NCBI GenBank assembly: GCA_964016885.1 | Contig: OZ024743.1 | Location: 299,212,001-299,276,000 of the forward strand | DNA from: Eledone cirrhosa | Lineage: Eukaryota | Length of the DNA: 64,000 nt | Reading direction: 5' to 3' | Shown here: one piece after another, positions 53,573 to 64,000 of the stretch | Layout: each line of letters opens with the position of its first letter | Numbering within the stretch: position 1 is the first letter of the stretch | Notes under the pieces: model-generated | Told to the model about the DNA's origin: nothing | The model's database searches: none | What the model saw: only the letters and a program-made list of their open reading frames with translations | Program-made: the position numbers and the translations under genes

Positions 53573-54554
53573 TTATAGTTTTCGCATCCCCACCATTTTC
53601 ACATTAAGAAAAAGGAAGAGACAGTTTTTACATCCATCACATAAGTTACCATGATTCCGTATTGAATGTTTGATGCATTACATTATTGTAGCGTATTGAG
53701 GCTCAGTGTTATTTAATCCATATTTATAGAATAGGTTCTTTCTGCTGCGAGAATTTACAGTGGTTTATTGAAGTAGGTGCGTAATTAAGGGGAGTTAATG
53801 CGTAAGGGGAGGTAACTAGCTGATTTTCATAACTAGATTCATTGTTCAAACACATTATTTGGTGCCTCAAATTTTCAATTTTCAATATCTAATTTTCAAT
53901 TTTAAATACAGTCTACTCTATCATAATGTATTAAAGGTATCTACGGGAAGTTGATTACTCTTTATTATATAGTACTATAATTGAATTTTCCATACAAAGT
54001 GCTTTATATTTATATCAAAGTTCACTGTAAATACAGTCTACTCTCAAAACATATCAGAGGACCTATTAGATTTTGGTTTATATAACCTCTGGTAAGCTAT
54101 GGAGCAGCGTATGGCTGTTTGCATGAGAAAATCAAATACATCTCTTGGGTAGACAAATACATCCCTCATTTACAATGTCATTAATCTATCCATCAATTTA
54201 TACATGCATATATAAGTCATATATAAGTCATTGCACCACCCTACATATGAGTTAGACAGATCCCTTATGTTAATAAATTAATCCTATATATATATCTAAT
54301 GTTAATACTCCATACATTTAATTATAATTGCATATATAATTCACTGCCGTATCTAGTATTTAAAGTTTATATAGACTGTATTATATTTCTATCACTATAT
54401 AATTATAAGTAATTGAAAGTAATTATATTAAAAGTTGGTGTTTATGGGGATATTTCTAGGGTATAAAGTTATAGATAGATAGAATGATTTGTGTCGAGGG
54501 AAGGGTGGATCAGAGAGTGTGATGTAGTGGTGTAAAGCATGCCCTTGCGGTGTG

Positions 54555-54593
54555 GTGTTAGAATTTGTGGTCTTGTTTTGCTTAACTACTAAA

Positions 54594-54683
<90 letters not shown>

Positions 54684-54721
54684 GTAGTTAAGCAAAACAA
54701 GACCAAAAATTTCACAAGCAC
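54555..54721. repeat. ~40-bp inverted repeats flanking (TC)n(TA)n
   Basis: GGTCTTGTTTTGCTTAACTACT versus AGTAGTTAAGCAAAACAAGACC. Confidence 0.85.
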
Positions 54722-54771
54722 GACATTATTTAAAGATTGTCAACATAGTTGCATTATAGTTTTAATGTAAG

Positions 54772-54772
<1 letters not shown>

Positions 54773-54852
<80 letters not shown>

Positions 54853-54873
54853 TAATAATAATAATAATAATAA
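54773..54873 (+). repeat. (TAA)n microsatellite at the head of the RLE stack
   Basis: Direct reading. Confidence 0.97.
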
Positions 54874-55166
54874 ATACCAGTGGTTATAGGCGCTCTGGGA
54901 ATGATACCTAAGGGGTCTAATGATTACTTATCGCAAATCCCAGGAAACCCGCGTATAGGAGAAATACAAAAGATGGTACTAATGGGAACTGCCCATATAC
55001 TAAGGAAGATTCTGTCAATATAAGTACATCACAAGTCTAAACACTAAAGATGCATGTGTGAGTATGTATGTTCTTTCTTGAACATGGCGGACCTTGTTGT
55101 CTCTTGAGGTCACTGGTTGTGACTTGGTGATAACTCATATGAACATAAAGCAAGATAAATGCAACT

Positions 55167-55167
<1 letters not shown>
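54874..55167 (+). mobile_element. RLE LINE 3' end, second Dong-like family, copy 1
   Basis: IPVVIGALG...GTAHILRKILSI* plus 3' UTR, followed by (TAA)n. Confidence 0.82.
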
Positions 55168-55204
<37 letters not shown>

Positions 55205-55560
55205 TGAGCAAGTATAAGGACCTGGAGATAGAAATTGGAAAAATGTGGAAATTGAGAACTAAAACAATACCAGTGGTTGTAGGCGCTCTGGGAATGATAC
55301 CTAAGGGGTCTAATGATTACATATCGCAAATCCCAGGAAACCCGCGTATAGGAGAAATACAAAAGATAGTACTAATGGGAACTGCCCATATACTAAGGAA
55401 GATTCTGTCAATATAAGTACATCACAAGTCTAAACACTAAAGATGCATGTGTGAATATGTATGTTCTTTCTTGAACATGGGGACCTTGTTGTCTCTTGAG
55501 GTCACTGGTTGTGACTTGGTGATAACTCGTATGAACATAAAGCAAGATAAATGCAACTGT
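55205..55560 (+). mobile_element. RLE LINE 3' end, second Dong-like family, copy 2 (longer 5' truncation point)
   Basis: LSKYKDLEIEIGKMWKLRTKTIPVVVGALG...ILSI*, followed by (TAA)n. Confidence 0.85.
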
Positions 55561-55581
55561 AATAATAATAATAATAATAAT

Positions 55582-56305
55582 GTCAATGGCTGCGCAGGAG
55601 CAGGCCATCAAAACGAAGTGGTTGAAGCACCATATCTACAAGGGGGAGGCTAGCCCACTGTGCAGGATCTGTGGAGAGAGGAGACTGTGGCTCACATTGT
55701 ATCCGAGTGTAAACACCTAGCCCAGACCCACTATAAGGGCTGGAGACATGATGTGATGGGCAGGATGATCCACTGGCACCTGTGCAAAGTAAACAGTTTA
55801 CCACATTCTGAGAAATGGTATGAGCATAAGCCAGAGGCGGTGATAGAGAACGATCAGGTGAAGGTGCTGTGGGATTTTAGGATACAGACGGAGAAGAAAC
55901 TGGAACGCAATAAACCTGACCTTGTGGTTTTGGACAAAGAAAAACGATCGTGCCTGATTGTGGATGTGGCCTGCCCATTCGACACGAGAGTGCAAGAGAA
56001 GGAGAGGGAGAAAATTAACCGATACCAGGACTTAAAGTGGGAGGTAAAGAGGATTTGGAACTGCCATGAAGTCAAAGTGATCCCGATTGTCATAGGCGCA
56101 ATAGGGACTATCTCCAAAAGTTTCCAGGGATGGTTAAAGAAAATCGGTCCCTTCACGCTTTTTGGAACGCTTCAAAAGGCATGCTTGCTGGGAACAGCAA
56201 GAACCCTCCGATACGTCCTGAATATCTGAGGCTGCAGGTAGTGGCTTGATATTCATTCCAACAAACTTTCCAGCTAACTAACATCAATGACTGAGACTCA
56301 AGGAG
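55582..56305 (+). mobile_element. R4/Dong-type LINE 3' fragment (CCHC plus RLE)
   Basis: ORF 55660-56229, same family as 39955-43560. Followed by (TAA)n(GAA)n. Confidence 0.9.
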
Positions 56306-56312
56306 TAATAAC

Positions 56313-56375
<63 letters not shown>

Positions 56376-56384
56376 AAGAAGAAG

Positions 56385-58980
56385 CAGCGACTGAGTGGGC
56401 AAATCGGGGAAATGAGAAATGACATAGGAAAGCTTGAGTCACTACTGAATGGGACACTAAAAAACATAGGCACTAAAAATAGACTGGAAATAAAATACAA
56501 AACTAGGAGGAAAAAGCTAAATATTATCATAGAGGAACTGAAGCAACGCATTGTAGCAAAGAGTGCAAAAATCAGGCGATACGAGAACAGTCAGTCAGTA
56601 TAAACAGAACCGCATGTTCGACAACAACCAGAAGATGCTGTTTGGACCGCTTGAGGGGAAAGAAAGAGGCAACGACTTGATCCTTGGGGCGGAGCAAACT
56701 AAAACATTCTGGAGAGGAATATGGGAGCAGGATGTTAGACACAATGCCCAGGCAGGGTGGATTGAGACAGTACAGAGGGAGATCGGTGAGCAGTCACAAC
56801 AACAAACTGATTTGAGGAGCACAGTTGAAACTCTTAAGGGGCAGGCCAAAAAACTAACCAACTGGAAATCACCAGGCCCAGATGGTGTGCAGGGTTATTG
56901 GATTAAACATTTAACATCCCTCCACCCGAAGCTGACGGCCATGTTCAATGACTGCTTGGTGTCGGGTGAGGTGCCAGAGTGGTTGACAAAAGGTACCACA
57001 GTTCTGATAATGAAAGACCGAATCAAGGGTAATGATGTTACCAACTATAGACCTATCACATGTCTGTCCGTAATGTGGAAACTGTTGACGAGCATTGTGT
57101 CTGAGGAAATCTACCATCACCTCCACACAAACAACTTGTTACCGGACGAACAGAAAGGATGCCGAAAGAAGTCACGTGGTACAAAGGACCAGTTACTTAT
57201 TGATAAGATGGTAATGGGGAATTGCAGGAGGAGACACACTGATCTTGCAATGGGATGGATAGACTACAGAAAGGCATTTGACATGGTGCCTCATTCCTGG
57301 ATTACCAAAAGCCTGGAGATCTTCAGGGTGGCAGATAACATCAGACAGTTGCTAGGCAGGAGTATGGGGTTCTGGGAGACAGATTTGACATCAACTGGAG
57401 TATCCTTGGGAAGCGTGAAGATCAAGAGAGGTACCTTCCAGGGAGATAGCCTGTCCCCTCTGTTGTTTGTCCTTGCCCTGATGCCCTTGACCATTATGCT
57501 GCGAAAAGTGAGAGCAGGATACAAGTTGGGGAGGGGAGAGCTTACCATCAACCACCTCCCCTTCATGGACGATCTTAAGCTCTTCGGGAAAAGTGAGAAG
57601 GAGTTGGATGTGCTTGTTGACACTGTCCGTATTTTCAGCAGTGATATATGTATGCAGTTTGGTATTGGTAAGTGTGGAGTCATTGTGATGAAGAGGGGTA
57701 GGTTGAGCAGAAGTAACGGGATCCAGATACCAACAGGTGAGATGATAAAGGAAATTGACTCTGAGGAAGGATACAAGTATTTGGGCGTTCTGGAGGCTGA
57801 TGGCATAAAGAACAAAAAAATGAAGGAATTGTTAAGAACTGAATACATTCGGAGAGTAAGGAGCGTATTGAAGTCACATCTGAACAGCAGAAATGCCATA
57901 AGCGCAGTAAATTCCCGAGCTGTGTCTATTATTAGGTACAGTGCGGGAATTCTGAGATGGAATGTTGCTGAACAAAAAGAAATGGATAGGAAGACTAGGA
58001 AGCTATTGACTATCTACAACATGTTCCACAAGAGGAGTGATGTCGATAGACTCTACTTAAGGAGATCTGAGGGTGGAAGAGGTCTTATCAGCATAGAGGA
58101 CTGTGTTCAGATGGAGAAAAACAACCTATACAAATACGTGACCTATAGTAAGGAGCCAATGCTCAGAAATGTACTGAAGGAGGGGACAGTAGGCCAGGGG
58201 ATGTCCAAGGAGGAAATAAGATCATGGAGGAAGAGCAGCCTTAAGGGAAAATCCCTTCATAGTACCTTCTTTGAGAAAACTGAATTTAGAGATCCACAGA
58301 CATGGAACTGGTTGAGAAGAGGAGACCTCAAAAAGGCTACAGAAGGAATGCTAATGGCTGCGCAGGAGCAGGCCCTCAAAACGAAGTGGTTGAAGCACCA
58401 TATCTACAAGGAGGAGGCTAGCCCACTGTGAAGGATCAGGGTGATCCACTGGCACCTGTGCAAAGTAAACAATTTACCACATTCTGAGAAATGGTATGAG
58501 CATAGGCCAGAGGCGGTGATGGAGAACAATCAGGTGAAGGTGCTGTGGGATTTTAGGATACAGACGGACAACAAACTGGAACACAATAGACCTGACCTGG
58601 TGGTTGTGGACAAAGAAAAAAGATCGTGTCTGATTGTGGATGTGGCCTGCCCGTTCGACACGAGAGTGCAAGAGAAGGAGAGGGAGAAGATTAACCGATA
58701 CCAGGACCTAAAGTGGGAGGTGAAAAGGATTTGGAACTGCCATGAAGTCAAAGTGATCCCGATTGTCATAGGCGCACTGGGGACTATCTCCAAAAGTTTC
58801 CGGGGATGGTTAAAGAAAATCGGCCCCTTCACGCTTTTTGGAACGCTTCAAAAGGCATGCTTGCTTGGAACAGCAAGAACCCTCCGATACGTCCTGAATA
58901 TCTGAGGCTGCAGGTAGTGGCTTGATATTCAATCCAACGGACTTTCCAGTTAACCAACATCAATGACTGAGATTCAAGGA
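56385..58980 (+). mobile_element. R4/Dong-type LINE, 5'-truncated, long RT ORF
   Basis: 622-aa ORF 56563-58431 (PFMDDLKL) and RLE ORF 58441-58905. The CCHC knuckle is deleted near 58436. Confidence 0.92.
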
Positions 58981-59000
58981 ATAACAACAATAATAATAAT

Positions 59001-62000
59001 GATTTCTTTATTAACCACAAGGGTTTACATAAAGTAGACATTAAGGACAGTGCAGGACAATGCAGGACGGTACAAATGGGCATTTCTGCGTGTAAAAAAC
59101 AAAAACAGAGGATATAACAAAAAATAACAATGAAAAATTCCCCAATAGGGGGGAGACTTCGGAGGGACATTTGTGGAGAAAGCCCAGTAAAAAGCCACAA
59201 TGACCCTGACCACCAAGGCAAGTGCCCTCTCCCAGTTTTCCACCTTTAATTTACAGATATATACTCAGAGTAGGCCCATTCACTCGGGCCATTCTTGCTT
59301 CTCTCACCCATCTTTCAACAACATGCTGGGAAGAGAGCACTTCCCTCTTTACTCTGATTTTCCTTTTCAAATGAAATTTGAAAAAGTCAATCAGAGCATC
59401 ACCGAAGAGGTAAGTGCTCGTCTTCAGCACTTTCAAACGTGTCCACCATACTATCTCTTTCACCATGGCCACCAGACAGATAAAAACTGCCTGCCCTTCC
59501 CGGCTAAAGGAGCAGGGCGGGGCAATCCTCACGATGGACTCAGATGATAGCCGGATCCGTCCTAAACGCGACAGCAGGTGTTCGACATAAACCCACAAGT
59601 CAGCAATTTTCGGACACTGGACGAGTGCGTGCAGGACGGTTTCGTCGCCCTGCGCGCATCTCGGACATGCCCGGCTGACGGCACCTCCATGCCTGTAGAG
59701 TTTATCCCGAACTGGCAAGGCTCCTCGGTAGCACTGCCAGGCCAGAGATTTCTGGAAATTGTCCATAGGCCCCGGCCCGAAAGTTCTTCGGAAGAGATTG
59801 GCTAGTTGATTGTCGTCGACGCCTAGAGTTTCCCCAAGTACGTCGTCGCTCTTCCCCTCCACTAATCCTCTATAGAACGCCGAGGTGGAGTTTCCACCGA
59901 TCACATTGCCCGATTGGTCGAGGGCTGTGAGCGCCTGAAGACATTCCAGTCTCCAGGCGCTCCCTCACGGTCTTCGCTTGACCCAGGACTGCAGCTCCGT
60001 CAAGGAAACGAGCTGGGGAAACACGCGCCTAGCAAACGGCGACCACACCTGAACACCCTCGAGGAAGAGGTGGAGATGTCGTAGCCTGAGCGCGTGCCTG
60101 CGCATCATCAGCCACGGCATGCCCAGCCCTCCACGTAGCGGGTGTTGACAACAGATGGACCGCCTGACCATCGGAGCGCGTCCCTTCCACAAAAAGCGAA
60201 AGAGCAAACGCTCCAGCGCAGTCAGGCGAGGCTTAGGACAAGGTACGACGGTCAGGCGGTAGCAGATGACGGACGCGATGTACGCGTTAGCCACCTCGGC
60301 TCGACCTTTCAGGGATAGCTTCCTCTCGGCCCATTTCTGGGTGAGAGAAGCCACCCTGCTCGTTACCTCGTCCCAGTTTTTGTCCGTCTGGAGGTCCGGA
60401 CCGAACCAGACCCCTAGCAATTTAACCGGTCCGTTCGTCCAGCGTCCGACGACGCTGTTGGATGGCATGGACCTGCCTCTCCAGGTGCCGAGCTGCAGGC
60501 CCACTGACTTTTCCTGGTTGATCATTGCTCCTGTCACCGCTTCGTATTCTCTTAGTGTAGTGCCGATCGCCTCGATGTGTTTGGCGCTCGACACCACTAC
60601 GGTGACATCGTCCGCATATGCTGACACTGATCTTCCGCATCCTAGTTCGCGCGGGACTCCCCTCAACCTCTCCAGTTTGTGCAGTAATGGCTCGAGAGTC
60701 AATACATACAAGAGGGACGAGAGGGGACATCCTTGGCGGACCGAGCGCATGATGTTGAACGGTTCCGACAGGTGACCGTTCACTCTCACCACAGAGCAGA
60801 TGTCGCTGTGCATGGCAGCGATCCAGCCTCTGAAGACGGAAAGCCAGCCGCCCTCAGGACTGCCGCTAGGTAACGATGGTCGACCCTATCGAAAGCTTTC
60901 GACTGATCTAAATTGATCAAGGACCCACCCGTGCCAGGTTCCTTAGCTACCCTCTCTATGATGTATCGCATCAGGTGGAGGTTGTCGTGGATGGATCTGT
61001 CGGGAATGGCGCATGTCTGCGCCTCTCCCACCAGACCACCAACGACAAGTGCCAACCTCTTTGCTAGCACCTTGGCCAAAATCTTGAACTCTGTGTTTAG
61101 CAGAGTTATGGGCCGGAAATTGTCTATGTTATCCCCTTTTTTCCGATCCTTTCTCAGCAGTGCCACCGCTCCTCGGCTCACAGAACTGGGAATTCTCCCG
61201 TTCTGTTGCCAGTTGCAGTAGACGTCCGCCAAGAGGCCTCCGAACAAGTCTGGCATCTGTACGTAAAGTTCATAGGGCAGACCATCCAAACCAGGCGATT
61301 TACCCCTTGTGCAGCCAGTCATTGCCTCCCTTACTTCAGCGGCTGTTATCGGCTTTTCGCAACACTTCGCCTCAGTGGCCGAGAGCCGCGGCAGTCCGTC
61401 GAGGTAGACACTAAAGTCCATCCCTCTACCCGGCCCACCGCTGCCCCCGAACAGCTGAGCGAAGTGTCGCTGAAAAGCTTCACACACTTGCCCGGGATCG
61501 AGTAGCATGCGCCCGTCGTGGTCCACCAAAGACCGGATCGTGGCTTTGTTGCCACGACGCGCCTCCGCCACTCGGGCCCATTGAACGGCTTTCGTCCCCT
61601 CGTGTCTGAGAGCACGCACCCTTGCTCTGACAACGCAGCCTTCGTGCTTTGCATTGAAGAATTGGTCAAGGGCCAATTTCGCCGCAAGCACGTCGGTCGC
61701 AATGCCTTTGCTAAGCGCCTCGTCTAATTTTCTAACTAGTTCTCCCTCTGCTCTATTTTTCTCTATTGCTAAAGCCTTACTAAACCTAATCGATTCTATT
61801 CTAATCGCTCTTTTCAGAGCAAGCCACCACTTGTTGTTGACGATGGCCCCCGTCAACGCCCGCTTAACTAGTTCGCTAATCCCGTCTCTGTAGGCCTTGC
61901 GCGCTGGTAAGGACGCGTTTAGCTTCCAGTAGCCGGGTCCTCGTCTATGAAGCCTATCTAAGTCAAGCACACAGATCACGAATTTGTGGTCCGTGTAGCT

Positions 62001-64000
62001 GACTATCTTGAATTGTTGACAGCCTATGCTAGACCTATCTATTTCCCTACAAAATACTCTATCTAGATATGATCTGGATGACCCTATCTGGTTTTTCCAA
62101 GTCCACATTGGCACATTCGGGTAATCCAATCGGTACCTGTCAGACAGTTCAAAACGCCTGAGCAGGTTGGTGAGGCTCTTGCACCCTCCACCCCTATCCG
62201 CTAATCCCACACAGTCCCAGCGTGCATCTAAGATCCCGTTCCAGTCGCCCACTAACACTAAAGAGCGGGACGTTCCAAGAAAGGTCTCCAGACGCCGGAA
62301 GAAATCAGGCCGCCCTGCTCCTGTCGGGGCATAGACGGCCACTAGCCTGAAAGCTTGCCCGTCTCCGCTGGTCACGTCCAGCACCACCCGCTTACCCTCT
62401 GGGTCCAGGAAGATGGCCCGTATGGCGAGATCCAAACCTCTCCGAAAAAGCACAGCAACTCCTTCCCTCCGATCCAGGACGGCTGGGAGATGCGTACACA
62501 TCGTAGCCGCCGAAGATCGGTGCGACGGCCCGTGCTTCGGAGATTCTGGTTTCGCTGATGGCCACTACATCTATGTTTAGTGACCTGAGGTAGTTGAGCA
62601 GGTGACCCTGCTTCCATGACGACCCCAAGCCACGCGCATTATGCTGCCTATTCTGAGTGAGGTCATGTTTAAAATAGAGTGGAAAAGATGGGAAAGACCA
62701 CTTACCGTACTTTTCGTAGAGGAGGGATGGTTTTTACATCCCTTTCACTTGATCGTCTGGTGAAGGGACCGTTGAATCGTCCCTTCGGCTGGTCGTCGGC
62801 TCTTCTAAGAGAATGTCTGAATATACTCTTCGATTGATGGTTCCTCCTAGGTCCCTGAAATCACCAACTGCGTTGGGGAATTTCGTTTTAATGTTTGTGT
62901 ATTGTTTCTGTGCTATTTTTAGCAGTCTTATGTTAGTTGGCGTTTTGATTGGTGCTGGTATTATGTAGTCCTGTTGTGAAATGTCTGTGTGTTCAATTAT
63001 GTAAGTCATTAGTTTCTAGTTGTGTGTATTTATTGCCATGCATTTGTTTTTCTGGGGGTGGGGTGTGGTTCTGCTATCTTCTTGTCGTTGTTGCTGGGTG
63101 TGTGTGTTTTGTTGTTGTGTTTGCGATGTTGGTGCTTGTGGTGGTGGTGTTGAAGGTGTTGTTGGCGGTGGGGTTGTCGCCGGTGGTGATGGTGGTGCTA
63201 GTGTGGGTGGTGATGGTGTTGGTGGTGTTGCTGCTGTGGGTCTCTTTGCAGTAGACTTTACCCTTTTCTCATTTCTTTCCTCCCTTTTCAAAGGCGACGA
63301 GGCGCTGCTTCTGCGTTTGTGCCTTCTTACGACCTTTTGCCATCCCTCTCCCACCTCACACTCCATGTCTGATTCTGTGAGGTCGGGGAGGGGTACCAGC
63401 TCCACTCTTTCACTTGTTGTTGTTGGTGATGTTTGCAGTGGAGTCTCTGTTGCAGCTGCATTTGGTATTGCTGTTGTTGTTGTTAATATTTCCACTGCTG
63501 CTGCTGTTTTTGATTTCCGTGGAGTGGGTATGGGTGCCACGGACCTATCGTTCCTGGTTGCCGCTTATCCTGTTGCTGGTAGCCGTGGAGCCGGATTCGG
63601 AAGGAGGGGCGTTTTCTCCTTTCTCAGGGTCTTCTCGTTGCAGAAGGCCCTGAGGTGAGTCTTCGATCCACAGCGAAAGCATTTCGGGCGTTTGCCCTCA
63701 ACACTTATGGGCAGTTGAGTGCCGTTATCGAAGTCTATCACATCCGGGATAGCTTCGATGCACTCCTGGTTGGTTTGGATTAGCATCTCAATGGAGGTGC
63801 CTACCCAATCTTCTCTTACTTTTTTCTGTACTTGCAGTACAGTTGTTTTGTCCTCGATTCCGACGAGGACAGACGCGGTCAGCCAAGAAGGGGCCATTCC
63901 GGGGGGGACGTGGGTCAGTTTGACCCTCACAATTTTTTGCCCGCAGTAGGAGGGCACCAACACCATTTCCTCGCTCCTTAGGGTCACTACTGATTGGGCC
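59001..64000 (-). mobile_element. Tx1-clade LINE copy D, same subfamily as C, runs off the window
   Basis: ORFs 63565-63987 (KCFRCGSKTHLRAFC), 60786-62501 (APE/RT), 59965-60813 (AYADD) and 59251-59904. The 3' UTR is nearly identical to copy C. Confidence 0.93.

Noticed and set aside
54773-56384. Repeat-spacer appearance resembling a CRISPR array
   Set aside because: The repeats are variable-length TAA microsatellites and the spacers are LINE 3' ends in eukaryotic DNA.

Overview
AT-rich, microsatellite-laden metazoan genomic DNA. The SINE families and repeat landscape look octopus/cephalopod-like (inference). I can support no host gene. The window is almost entirely mobile DNA: two Penelope-like elements (a Naiad-type fragment and a near-complete Neptune-type element with duplicated pLTR), four Tx1-clade APE LINEs, several R4/Dong-type RLE LINEs stacked in (TAA)n tracts, a Chapaev3-type DNA transposon with a TTA TSD, a 3.8-kb hAT-type element with an 8-bp TSD, tRNA-derived SINEs and RTE-like 5' fragments. 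The main hidden layer, read directly from the sequence, is about a dozen hammerhead ribozyme motifs (CUGANGA-stem II-GAAA-palindromic stem III-UH-stem I) from at least 8 unrelated sequence families. Most lie in short non-coding inverted-repeat or tandem-repeat modules embedded in (TA)n. Several have very long stem II arms or a U-U pair at the base of stem II. Nearly all the Ile/Tyr/His/Thr-rich ORFs in the track are microsatellite artefacts.
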